DNA from: an uncultured Porticoccus sp.
Lineage (GTDB): Bacteria > Pseudomonadota > Gammaproteobacteria > Pseudomonadales > Porticoccaceae
Direction: 5' to 3'
NCBI GenBank assembly: GCA_963974675.1
Contig: CAXBDQ010000012.1
Coordinates: 6,354-70,353 of the forward strand
Length of the DNA stretch: 64,000 nucleotides
The notes below the pieces were generated by a model. That model was not told the origin of the DNA. It saw only the letters and a program-made list of their open reading frames with translations, and ran no database searches. Positions 43,857 to 53,333 of the stretch are shown here, in pieces (within the stretch, counting starts at the first letter, position 1; each line of letters begins with the position of its first letter). The position numbers were made by a program, and so were the translations under genes.

Positions 43857-45342
43857 TACCCTACAGATAAACTCTCCAACAATCTCTGATGTATATACGC
43901 CTTTAAAAATCAATGACAAAGGGCACCTTAGCTCTATTTCAAAAATCCAACGAATTGAACCTTACCCGTTAGGAAGTCGAATTGAACCTTACCCGTCAGG
44001 AAGTCGAATTGAACCTTACCCGTCAGGAAGTCGCTTTCTCTTTATATACTTACGTAATCTATATCGAAAATATTTAAAACATTATTCTCCTGTACGCTCG
44101 ACAGCTATATGGGCATGGAAAAATTTCCGCCCTATCTATTTAAACTTTAAATCAATTCATCTTTTCAACTCCACGTCCAGAAAAGAAAAAAAATGGCGTC
44201 CACTAATCAACCTGAGTGAATTTTCTAAAAAAAGAAATTTAATGACTCACAAAATAACTAATACTGAGGTCGTTAATACTCCAGTACCGACAGTCACTCC
44301 AGCTGCTGACCAAAGCTATTTAGTGTCGCCCCACGATCAGTATGTCTTCCCAGAGATATCGGTTGTAATGGTTGAAAATGCAACGATATACGGTGGTAGC
44401 AATCTAACTCTCGTTGATAATAAAGTAGTCTGCCATGATCTATTTGATGCGACCCATGATTTGACCAGTGAAGAACTCCATGGTAGAGCATTAATTGATC
44501 CCAAACGAAAGCGTATCAGGTGGTTATCGTATGATAAGGAACCAGCCAAATTATCAACAGCAGCGACATTCGTTGATGCCTGCGCCCCAAATTATGCTCA
44601 TTGGCTTACAGAAGTTCTACCACGTATAGCACTTTTTTGTACCCAAGAATGTTATAATGAAATACCTATCGTCATTAATGACGGACTTCACGAGAACATA
44701 TTAAATTCTTTATTTGAAGTTATAGGCTCAGAACGTAAAGTTATTGCCCTACCTATTGGAAGGGCAATAACTATTAATAAACTTTTTATTACATCTGTAG
44801 CAGGTTATGTCCCATTTGGTCGAAGGAAAGAATGTTTAGAGCATTCTCATGGTGCATTTAGCCCGGGCTCGCTAGCGGTATTAAAAAATCATATGCTTAG
44901 TATGTGTAATGTTGTTGAAGAGAACAAAGCAGTTAGACATCAAAAAATATTTTTGCGACGAAACTCAGATACAAGAACGATGGTTAATTCTAGAGAGATT
45001 GAAGAGTTATTGATCGAGAAAGGTTTTGTTATTATTGAGACTGATAAGTTAAGTTTTTTAGAGCAGGTCAACTTATTTAACAATGCAAAACAAATTATTT
45101 CACCAACTGGGGCGGCGCTAGCCAATGCGATTTTTTGTAAGCCAGGGACCAAGGTTGCGGTGTTGATGGGAAAGCATAAAGACATGATATATAGGTATTG
45201 GTTGAATATATTAGCGCCGCTCCAGTTAGAAATTTCTTACGTATTAGGTGCAATCGTTAAAAATCGTGATTTAGGCATTCATGGCAATTTTTTTATTGAC
45301 CCTAAAGACGTACTAAATTTGTTACAAGAGATGGAGGAATAA
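43846..45342 (+). CDS. Glycosyltransferase family 61 (DUF563) protein
   Basis: NYAHWLTEVLPRI, IFLRR...R.MVN..EIE, LSFLEQVNLFNNAKQIISPTGAALANAIF. Confidence 0.82.
   Translation: MNNNTLQINSPTISDVYTPLKINDKGHLSSISKIQRIEPYPLGSRIEPYPSGSRIEPYPSGSRFLFIYLRNLYRKYLKHYSPVRSTAIWAWKNFRPIYLNFKSIHLFNSTSRKEKKWRPLINLSEFSKKRNLMTHKITNTEVVNTPVPTVTPAADQSYLVSPHDQYVFPEISVVMVENATIYGGSNLTLVDNKVVCHDLFDATHDLTSEELHGRALIDPKRKRIRWLSYDKEPAKLSTAATFVDACAPNYAHWLTEVLPRIALFCTQECYNEIPIVINDGLHENILNSLFEVIGSERKVIALPIGRAITINKLFITSVAGYVPFGRRKECLEHSHGAFSPGSLAVLKNHMLSMCNVVEENKAVRHQKIFLRRNSDTRTMVNSREIEELLIEKGFVIIETDKLSFLEQVNLFNNAKQIISPTGAALANAIFCKPGTKVAVLMGKHKDMIYRYWLNILAPLQLEISYVLGAIVKNRDLGIHGNFFIDPKDVLNLLQEMEE
43951..44033 (+). repeat. 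In-frame 27-bp tandem repeat, 3 copies (RIEPYP[L/S]GS)
   Basis: cgaattgaaccttacccgt(t/c)aggaagt at 43951, 43978 and 44005. Confidence 0.97.
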
Positions 45343-46097
45343 TGGCTAAAATACACTCATCGGCAATTGTTTCACCCAAAGCGATATTGGGCGAAGGAAC
45401 TGAAATAGGTCCTTTTTGTATCATACATGACAATGTAACAATTGGTGATAGAGTTAAAGTTGAGGCTTATTGTGAGTTAGGAATAGAAACGCCTTTAAAT
45501 GATGGAACACGATTAACCATTGGAGAGATGTCTCTAATTAGATCACATTCAGTTTTTTATGAATCTTCTTGTTTTGGCCCAAAACTGACTACAGGCCACC
45601 ATGTAATTGTACGAGAGAAGACCATAGCAGGCAAAAATTTTCAAATTGGCACGTCGAGCGAAATTCAGGGCGATTGCTCTATCGGAGATTACGTGAGATT
45701 TCAGTCAAATATCTTTGTTGGAAAAGAAACCACAATTGGTAACTTTGTTTGGGTGCTACCTCACGTTGTATTTACTAATGACCCCACTCCGCCAAGTAAT
45801 GTTCTATTAGGTTGTACAATTGAGGATTATGCAAGTATTGCTGCTGCGTCGGTAATTCTTCCTGGTGTGACAGTTGGGCATCATGCTCTTGTCGGAGCTC
45901 AAGCGTGCGTTACAAAAAATGTGCCACCCAATATGGTGGTAGCTGGTGTGCCAGCACGTGTGATCGGAGAAACAAAAGAAATTAAATTACGAGACGGTTC
46001 AGATCGTTCTGCATACCCATGGACGAATCACTTCACTCGCGGATATCCAGGCGTGGAAACTATCACTTGGTCGGATGGAGAAGGAGAGGATCAGTGA
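45342..46097 (+). CDS. Left-handed beta-helix N-acetyltransferase, QdtC-like
   Basis: Long hexapeptide array; FTNDPTPPSNVLLGCTI and C-terminal YPW..HFTRGYP resemble QdtC as I recall it. Confidence 0.8.
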   Translation: MAKIHSSAIVSPKAILGEGTEIGPFCIIHDNVTIGDRVKVEAYCELGIETPLNDGTRLTIGEMSLIRSHSVFYESSCFGPKLTTGHHVIVREKTIAGKNFQIGTSSEIQGDCSIGDYVRFQSNIFVGKETTIGNFVWVLPHVVFTNDPTPPSNVLLGCTIEDYASIAAASVILPGVTVGHHALVGAQACVTKNVPPNMVVAGVPARVIGETKEIKLRDGSDRSAYPWTNHFTRGYPGVETITWSDGEGEDQ

Positions 46098-46507
46098 TTG
46101 AGCAATGTTCTATTATTAATCTGCCTAGGGTAAATGACCCACGTGGAAATTTAACTTTTGTTGAAGGAGGTAATCACATTCCCTTTGATATTAGTCGTGT
46201 TTACTACCTTTATGATGTCCCTGGAGGCGCTGAGCGAGGCGGTCATGCTCATAAAGAGCTTCACCAATTAATTATTGCTATGTCTGGATCATTTGACATT
46301 CATCTTGATGATGGGCATACAAAGAAAACTGTACACCTCAATCGTAGCTATCAGGGACTCTATGTTTGCCCAATGATTTGGCGAGACATTGATAACTTCT
46401 CTTCTGGGGCTGTATGTATGGCATTGGCATCTGAGTATTATGATGAGCTTGACTACTACCGAGACTATCAACAATTCATCATTGATGTCCAAAAGAACAC
46501 CAAATGA
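46094..46507 (+). CDS. dTDP-4-keto-6-deoxyglucose 3,4-ketoisomerase (QdtA/FdtA family)
   Basis: [27 protein letters not shown]; GTG start overlaps the upstream stop. Confidence 0.9.
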   Translation: MIEQCSIINLPRVNDPRGNLTFVEGGNHIPFDISRVYYLYDVPGGAERGGHAHKELHQLIIAMSGSFDIHLDDGHTKKTVHLNRSYQGLYVCPMIWRDIDNFSSGAVCMALASEYYDELDYYRDYQQFIIDVQKNTK

Positions 46508-47622
46508 AGTCTATTCCATTTCTTGACCTTGCAAAAATTCATCAGACTATTCGGGTGCCTCTCGATAGAGCCTACCATCGAGTTGTCGATTCAGGGTGGT
46601 TCAGTATGGGGCCAGAGTTAGAAGCCTTTGAAAGCGAGTTTGCAGATTATTGCGAAGTTAAACACTGTATAGGGGTTGGAAATGGCCTCGAAGCACTTCA
46701 CCTTCTTCTACGAGCTTATGGCATTGGCGCTGGAGATGAGGTGATCGTCCCATCGAACACCTTTATTGCAACCTGGCTAGCCGTGAGTGAATGTGGCGCA
46801 ACGCCTGTTCCTGTTGAGCCAAATACAGATACTCACAATATTGATACGACGTTAATTAGCGCCGTTATCACTAATCGTACTCGTGCGATCATGCCAGTAC
46901 ATCTGTATGGTCAACCAGCAGACATGGATCCAATTAATGCTCTCGCTGAAAAACATGGTCTGATAGTCATTGAAGATGCAGCCCAAGCACAAGGGGCCCG
47001 TTACAAAAATCGGCGTGTAGGGTCGTTAGGACATGCTGCTGCAACCAGCTTCTACCCTGGAAAGAACTTGGGTGCGCTTGGTGACGGGGGTGCGGTGCTT
47101 ACAAACGATGAAACTATTGCTAACAAAGTCAAGCAGCTTCGTAATTACGGGTCAAAAGTCAAATATCAGCATGATCTTCCCGGTTACAACAGTCGACTTG
47201 ATGAACTGCAGGCAGCATTTCTTCGTGTTAAATTAGCTAAGTTAGATGCATGGAACGTTCTTCGTAGAGAGGTCGCCTGTCAGTACTCAAAACTATTAGC
47301 AAATACAAATATTGGCTTACCCTTTGTAGCTGAATTTGCAGAACCTGTTTGGCACCTTTATGTTATTCGCAACAAACAACGTGATACATTAAAAGAACAT
47401 TTGGAACAACAAGGGGTGTCCACCGTTATTCATTATCCCACCCCACCCCACCTACAAGCCTGTTATCAGAGTTTCCGGGGGCAACATTTACCCATTGCGG
47501 AAATGTTAGCAAATGAGGTGTTAAGTTTACCGATGTCTCCTGTCCTAGATCCAGTAGAGTTAGAGCACGTCACAAAGAGCATTCATGGTTTTCTGAACTC
47601 TTCTCAAAGCCGTACTAGCTAA
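46504..47622 (+). CDS. dTDP-3-amino-3,6-dideoxyhexose aminotransferase (QdtB/FdtB; DegT family)
   Basis: [42 protein letters not shown]. Confidence 0.9.
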   Translation: MKSIPFLDLAKIHQTIRVPLDRAYHRVVDSGWFSMGPELEAFESEFADYCEVKHCIGVGNGLEALHLLLRAYGIGAGDEVIVPSNTFIATWLAVSECGATPVPVEPNTDTHNIDTTLISAVITNRTRAIMPVHLYGQPADMDPINALAEKHGLIVIEDAAQAQGARYKNRRVGSLGHAAATSFYPGKNLGALGDGGAVLTNDETIANKVKQLRNYGSKVKYQHDLPGYNSRLDELQAAFLRVKLAKLDAWNVLRREVACQYSKLLANTNIGLPFVAEFAEPVWHLYVIRNKQRDTLKEHLEQQGVSTVIHYPTPPHLQACYQSFRGQHLPIAEMLANEVLSLPMSPVLDPVELEHVTKSIHGFLNSSQSRTS

Positions 47623-47637
47623 CATTCATGTTTATTA

Positions 47638-48522
47638 ATGCATTTGACCTATACACATAAACAAAATTCATACATCAATAGGAGCATACTTTTGCCGGAA
47701 GATATTAGTATTGTAATGGCGGTATATAACCACGAAGCTACCGTGGCAGAAGCACTTGAAAGTGCACTGATGCAAGAAATGCCTTATAGCAGTGTTATCT
47801 ATTGTTTGAATGACGCCTCAACGGATAGAAGCGGCGAAATATTAAGTAATTACGCAAGTAAATATCCCGATAGAATCAAAGTTTATACGAGCCCCAAAAA
47901 TTTGGGATCTGGCAAACAGTCTTTTTTGTATCATCAGCCTCCCGCCAATGGAAGGTATTGGTGTTTACTAGCTGGAGATGATTTTTGGACAAGCCCCGAC
48001 AAACTAGCTAAGCAGATTGTATTTCTTGATGCTAATCCTGAATTTACTGGAGTAAGTTGCGATACAATAGTAAAAAATGAAATAACAGGTAAAAATAGCT
48101 TTATCAAACCCAGTAAAAACGAATTCAACCTTTTTGATTTGATTTTATTGAAACACAAATATTTATTTTATGTTCATACAACAAGCATAATATGGAGAAA
48201 TATTTATATTAACAAAGGATTTTTTCTACCTCCTGCCTTTAAAAATAAATTCGCTCGTGGCGATGTAATTCTGATGCATATGATGCTGGGAAAAGGCGGC
48301 AAGGTGAAAAACATACCTGAAGTAATGAGTTGTTACCGAATGACCGGAAAGGGTGTGTGGACGAGCAAAACAGAAGAAGAACAGAAAAACCTCAACAATG
48401 ATTTGCAAATTAACTTGAATCGAGCAATTTCAATACGAATTAAAATCTACGTTTTTATACATAAATATTTTTCAAGACTCAAGTTTATCACCGCCCTTAT
48501 TCCCGGACCAATAAATAAATGA
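47638..48522 (+). CDS. Glycosyltransferase family 2
   Basis: ISIVMAVYNHE, NDASTD, LAGDDFW...KLAKQ. Confidence 0.88.
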   Translation: MHLTYTHKQNSYINRSILLPEDISIVMAVYNHEATVAEALESALMQEMPYSSVIYCLNDASTDRSGEILSNYASKYPDRIKVYTSPKNLGSGKQSFLYHQPPANGRYWCLLAGDDFWTSPDKLAKQIVFLDANPEFTGVSCDTIVKNEITGKNSFIKPSKNEFNLFDLILLKHKYLFYVHTTSIIWRNIYINKGFFLPPAFKNKFARGDVILMHMMLGKGGKVKNIPEVMSCYRMTGKGVWTSKTEEEQKNLNNDLQINLNRAISIRIKIYVFIHKYFSRLKFITALIPGPINK

Positions 48523-49214
48523 ATAAAGAAAAAAATTCTTTCTATAAGGAGTACCCAAAAACCTGCGCCCCTGATGACTTTTGGGGACAGGTTAAGCGTA
48601 CAGTTAATGGCGTTCCTGTTTCTCAGGATCAGATTGATATGATTGTCAATGCTGTTGCAGTAGGGCTTGAATTAAGCAAGAAGGACACCCTTCTTGATTT
48701 ATGCTGTGGTAACGGTGCATTAAGTACGCTGCTCTTCAAATTTTGCAATGGTGGCTTGGGAGTAGATTTTTCCAAGCATCTTATATCTGTTGCCGTTGAA
48801 AACTTCATCGACTCTCCAACGGTAAATTATGAGCTTCATGACGTAGTAGATTTTTGTAAAAATACTGTAGGGTTAGATAAATTTTCAAAAGTGATTTGCT
48901 ATGGTTCCTTTTCATACATAGAGCAAGACAGGGCGGAAGAACTTCTTAGACTACTCAAAACAAACTTCCCCAATTTACAGCGTATTTTTATCGGCAACTG
49001 TCCTGACAAAGATTTACTATCTGATTTTTTTAACAATAAAAAAGTTGAACACGGCATTGAAAATGACCCCGATTCCCCTATTGGTATCTGGCGAACACAA
49101 GATGATTTCATCTCATTAGCTAAACGCTGTGGCTGGAAAGCGATTATTCATAAAATGCCCAGCCAATATTATTCCGCTCACTATCGTTACGATATTGTTT
49201 TAAGCCATGAGTAA
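48519..49214 (+). CDS. Class I SAM-dependent methyltransferase
   Basis: Motif I LLDLCCGNG, GLGVDFS. Confidence 0.82.
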   Translation: MNKEKNSFYKEYPKTCAPDDFWGQVKRTVNGVPVSQDQIDMIVNAVAVGLELSKKDTLLDLCCGNGALSTLLFKFCNGGLGVDFSKHLISVAVENFIDSPTVNYELHDVVDFCKNTVGLDKFSKVICYGSFSYIEQDRAEELLRLLKTNFPNLQRIFIGNCPDKDLLSDFFNNKKVEHGIENDPDSPIGIWRTQDDFISLAKRCGWKAIIHKMPSQYYSAHYRYDIVLSHE

Positions 49215-50037
49215 TATTCTTTCAGATAAAATACAAATTGGATGGATTTCAGGCATGCCTCGCTCTGGAACGACCTGGCTAGCGCAAATTTTTGCTTCTT
49301 CTCCTGACGTTAGATTGAAGTATTGCCCCTTGTTTTCATATAAGTTTAAGAATGCTTTGGACGAATCTAGTACTTCTGAACAATGGATTAATTTATTAAC
49401 GAAAGTGTATCAAACAAATTCAGAATTTCTAGATCAAGACCATCTTCGCAAGCATGGACTGGTTCCATTCTTTGAAGAGAAACATAAACATCCTCAGCAT
49501 TTAATTATTAAATCTAACCGCTTTCATAATTTAACACCTCATATTATGAAATCAAATGACCAAATTCGTTTTATACATATCGTGCGACACCCCTGTGCAA
49601 CAATTCATTCTTGGCTTACTAACACAAGCGAGTTTCCTTCACACGCGGATCCTATGAAAGAGTGGAGAATGGGGAAATGTAGAAAAATGGGCCCTGGTGA
49701 ATATTGGGGTTTTGATGATTGGAAGAAAGTTACTCTTGAGGCCCTAAGGCTTAGCAAGCAGTATCCTGATAGATATAAAATAATACGTTATGAGAATCTT
49801 GTAAAAAATACTGAGTCCCTGACTAGAGAACTCTTTGATTTTTTCCAATTACCATATGAAAACCAAAGTGATGAATTTATTAAACTATCGCATAGTAGAC
49901 ATGACGATCATAAACATTCTGTATTCAAAGATCCTAACTTGAAGGACAAATGGGAAAAAATGCTGGATCCTACAATCATTTCGGCATGTTTGGACGAAAT
50001 TAGAGGTACAGAATTGGAGTACTTTACAAAACAATAA
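49207..50037 (+). CDS. PAPS-dependent sulfotransferase
   Basis: 5'-PSB loop GMPRSGTTWL, 3'-PB motif IVRHPCATIHS, IRYENLV. Confidence 0.88.
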   Translation: MSNILSDKIQIGWISGMPRSGTTWLAQIFASSPDVRLKYCPLFSYKFKNALDESSTSEQWINLLTKVYQTNSEFLDQDHLRKHGLVPFFEEKHKHPQHLIIKSNRFHNLTPHIMKSNDQIRFIHIVRHPCATIHSWLTNTSEFPSHADPMKEWRMGKCRKMGPGEYWGFDDWKKVTLEALRLSKQYPDRYKIIRYENLVKNTESLTRELFDFFQLPYENQSDEFIKLSHSRHDDHKHSVFKDPNLKDKWEKMLDPTIISACLDEIRGTELEYFTKQ

Positions 50038-50172
50038 ATATCGCCTTGTTAGAAAATTTTTTCCTAAAATCTACAATGTTTAGTTTATATAATAAAAAAT
50101 CTGCAAGGGTCAGGTTTGTTATACAAAAGTTGAGCAGGCTGTGCTGGAGTGGTTTTATCTCATGGGAATTTT

Positions 50173-51396
50173 ATGAATGTAAAAGTAGCTATCAAAAAAC
50201 AGGTTCGAGATTTGAGCTATTTCGGGGGCACAATGTTATTTACTGAACCAAAATCAACATCAAGCTTGGTTCAGCCAAATTTTGATAATTTCCTGCGTTA
50301 CTCAAAAGAGTTCTTTGACAAAAGCCACTATACCAATAATGGACCGCTGGTTAAGTTACTTGAACAGCGCCTTGCTAGATTTCATGATTCAAATTTTTGC
50401 ATTGCTTTCTGCAACGGATTTTGGGGTCTTGTGCTTGCAATGAGCTCACTTGCACTTACGGATAAGAGTGAAGTCATAATGCCCTCTCTAACCTACCGTC
50501 GAATGGCGGATCTTGCAGCTTGGGCTAAATTAAAGCCGCGATTTTGTGAGGTGGACACAAACACCCTATCTGTAAATCGTCAAACAGCTAGCGAATGTAT
50601 CAATAGCGAGACAGCCTTGATTTTAGCTGTTCACCCTATTGTTAATTGCTGTGATATTGAGGGACTTGTTAGTCTTGGCCAAGAGTATGGTATACCTGTG
50701 CTTTTTGATTCGGTTGAGTCTGTTTATGAATCATCCCACAATGGAAAAGTTGGAGGGTTTGGCGATGCCGAATGCTTCTCAATGCATGCCAGTAAATTAC
50801 TGAATGGCTTTGAAGGTGGTTATGTTACGACTAACAATGAAGCATTGGCCCACAAGCTGGCATTATTGCGTAGCTTTGGTTTTCAAGGGCAGGACAACTG
50901 TGTGGTCTCAGGGGGAACTAATGCAAAGCTTAATGAGATACACGCAGCAATGGCTTTAGCAAACTTAGATGGATTAGATCAACAAGTTGTAGATAACAGG
51001 GTGCGTTATCGCTGTTATCAGACTGGGCTTTCAGAAATTCCTAGCATCAGGCTACTCGAATTTGATGAAGGCTTCAGTACGAGCTACAAAAATATTGTGG
51101 TCGAGTTGCTCGATGATTGGCCGTTGATGAGAGATGACACTGTAGATATCCTTAATGCTGAAAATATTCTTGCCCGTGCCTACTACTCTCCACCCTTACA
51201 TAGCAAAAACATGCGCTATCCATATATCCCAGCCTCCCTTGAGGTAACGGATATCCTATCCCAGCGCTTTATGCTCCTCCCATGTGGCGATTTCGTAACG
51301 TGTAATGATATTGATCAGATTGTGAAAATACTCAAATTTATCTGTTCTAATGGTTTTGTGATTGCACATCGCTTAGCTGAAAGTGAAGAAAAATAG
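50173..51396 (+). CDS. DegT/DnrJ/EryC1/StrS aminotransferase paralog 1 (DesI/VioA-like, divergent)
   Basis: YTNNGPLV, FSMHASKLLNGFEGG, AKLNEIHAA; start set at MNVKVA. Confidence 0.82.
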   Translation: MNVKVAIKKQVRDLSYFGGTMLFTEPKSTSSLVQPNFDNFLRYSKEFFDKSHYTNNGPLVKLLEQRLARFHDSNFCIAFCNGFWGLVLAMSSLALTDKSEVIMPSLTYRRMADLAAWAKLKPRFCEVDTNTLSVNRQTASECINSETALILAVHPIVNCCDIEGLVSLGQEYGIPVLFDSVESVYESSHNGKVGGFGDAECFSMHASKLLNGFEGGYVTTNNEALAHKLALLRSFGFQGQDNCVVSGGTNAKLNEIHAAMALANLDGLDQQVVDNRVRYRCYQTGLSEIPSIRLLEFDEGFSTSYKNIVVELLDDWPLMRDDTVDILNAENILARAYYSPPLHSKNMRYPYIPASLEVTDILSQRFMLLPCGDFVTCNDIDQIVKILKFICSNGFVIAHRLAESEEK

Positions 51397-51397
51397 C

Positions 51398-52597
51398 ATG
51401 AAAAATAATAAATTTGCATTGTCTGGCGGAGATGCCTTTTTCCCGCAAGCCCTTCCAGTTGGGCAGCTTTACTTTCCATCATGGGATCGTTACAAAGCTG
51501 CAATGCGTGGGATTTTTGAACGGCGCTACTATACGAATCAGGGACCGCTTGTTCAACAGCTAGAGGGGAGACTTCAGGACTACCTTGGCGTTAAACATGC
51601 CATTTGTATCACAAATGCGACTATAGGCTTGATGATGGCGGCCGAAGCCTTAGAGCTTTCTGGAAAAGTGATAGTCCCTTCCTATACATTTATAGCATCA
51701 CCGCAATCATTAAGCTGGGCCGGTATCGAGCCCGTTTTTTGTGATGTTGACCCAAGTACCCATCAGATAGCAATTGACAAATTAGACTCATTAATTGATC
51801 CGCATGTTTCTGGAATTATGGGTGTCAATTTGTGGGGAGGGGCCTGCGATGTGTTGGCATTAGAAAATTATGCTAAATCAAAAAACTTGAAACTATATTT
51901 CGATTCCGCCCATGCTTTTGGTTGTGTGGTTGATGAAAAAAAGATTGCTAATTTTGGCAGCATTGAGGTCTTTTCTTTTCATGCCACAAAGGTTTTAAGT
52001 GCCACCGAAGGGGGCTGTATTTGCACTAATGATGATGTGCTTGCTTCTCGCTTGAGAAATATACGTAGTAGTTATGGAGCAGGAAAGATAGTTCCGGTTG
52101 TCAAAACCTCCAATGGTCGAATGTCAGAAGCTCAGGCAGCAATAGCCTTAATGAGCCTTGATGACTTCCCTGACAATCAAAAAAACAACGAAAATCTATT
52201 TCGTACCTATATGGAAAGATTGAAACATATACCTGGAATTAAACTGGTAAAACCCGCTGGCGTTACATTCTCAAATTATCAATATGTTGTTTGCGAAATT
52301 CAAAAAACAACTTTTGGGTTGTCTCGGGATTCATTAGTCAAAGTTCTCAATGCAGAAAATGTAATGGCCAGGAGGTACTTTTATCCTGGTGCTCACCGCA
52401 CTACAGGATACAATGATAGTTTATCTTTATATGAATATAGTTTGCCAGTTACAGACTACCTTTGTGATGCATGTATACAGCTACCGATTGGTGCAATGGT
52501 TGATACTAATGCTGTAGCTTCGATTTGTAAAATCATTGAGAACAGCCACCGCAATGCAGATTACCTACAGTCTTTTTTAATCGAGAATAAAAAATGA
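51398..52597 (+). CDS. DegT-family aminotransferase paralog 2 (DesI/VioA-like sugar 4-aminotransferase)
   Basis: YTNQGPLV, TNATIGL, FDSAHAFG, SFHATKVLSATEGG, RRYFYP; an alternative GTG start lies at 51383. Confidence 0.85.
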   Translation: MKNNKFALSGGDAFFPQALPVGQLYFPSWDRYKAAMRGIFERRYYTNQGPLVQQLEGRLQDYLGVKHAICITNATIGLMMAAEALELSGKVIVPSYTFIASPQSLSWAGIEPVFCDVDPSTHQIAIDKLDSLIDPHVSGIMGVNLWGGACDVLALENYAKSKNLKLYFDSAHAFGCVVDEKKIANFGSIEVFSFHATKVLSATEGGCICTNDDVLASRLRNIRSSYGAGKIVPVVKTSNGRMSEAQAAIALMSLDDFPDNQKNNENLFRTYMERLKHIPGIKLVKPAGVTFSNYQYVVCEIQKTTFGLSRDSLVKVLNAENVMARRYFYPGAHRTTGYNDSLSLYEYSLPVTDYLCDACIQLPIGAMVDTNAVASICKIIENSHRNADYLQSFLIENKK

Positions 52598-53325
52598 GAT
52601 TAGGCATCATGCAACCTTATTTTTTTCCATATTTAGGGCATTTCTCGCTAATCTCTTCTGTAGATAAATGGATTGTATTCGACGTTACGCAATATACACC
52701 AAAAACATGGATGAATAGAAACCGTATTTTACATCCAAAAACAGGTTGGCAGTATGTGACAATCCCTCTTTCTAATTCTTCGATTTCAACTAAAACCTCA
52801 GAGGCAAGAGTATTCAATCTAACTGACGCGAAAAAATCAATCATCGGAAAACTTTCACACTATAAAAAAACGGCTCCATATTTCCACGAAGTTACCAAGC
52901 TGGTTCAGCAAGCTTTCGATAACTCTTTGGATGATAAACTTGTTAGCTTAAATGTTAGTGCTATGACTGAAGTTTGTAATTATTTGGGGATTACCTTTTC
53001 ATATCAGATATGCTCAGAGCTTGACCTTAACTATCCAGAAAATATTGGCCCCGGAGGCTGGGCACCCTATATCTGTGAAGCACTATGTGCGACTGAGTAT
53101 ATAAACCCGTCTTCTGGAAAAAGTATTTTTGATATATCTGATTTCCAATCACGAGGCATACAACTTTATTTTTCTGAGTTTTCAGAATTCTCATATAATA
53201 CATCCCCATATAATTTCGAACCCAATTTATCCATATTAGATGTAATGATGTGGAACTCACCAGAAGCTATTTTAGGTGGATTGAAACTGGGCACAAAGTT
53301 AGTCAAGGCCCTGCAAATTGAATAG
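52594..53325 (+). CDS. WbqC-like protein (putative glycyltransferase)
   Basis: IMQPYFFPYLGHF, D..QY...WMNRNRI, YINPSSGK, LSILDVMM. Confidence 0.9.
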   Translation: MRLGIMQPYFFPYLGHFSLISSVDKWIVFDVTQYTPKTWMNRNRILHPKTGWQYVTIPLSNSSISTKTSEARVFNLTDAKKSIIGKLSHYKKTAPYFHEVTKLVQQAFDNSLDDKLVSLNVSAMTEVCNYLGITFSYQICSELDLNYPENIGPGGWAPYICEALCATEYINPSSGKSIFDISDFQSRGIQLYFSEFSEFSYNTSPYNFEPNLSILDVMMWNSPEAILGGLKLGTKLVKALQIE

Positions 53326-53333
53326 CCTATATC

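Noticed and set aside
43951-44033. CRISPR array (27-bp repeats)
   Set aside because: Head-to-tail repeats without spacers, in frame inside a CDS
46019-46093. N-terminal extension of the QdtA/FdtA ORF
   Set aside because: Overlaps the upstream gene; the GTG at 46094 with RBS ggagagg gives the normal family length
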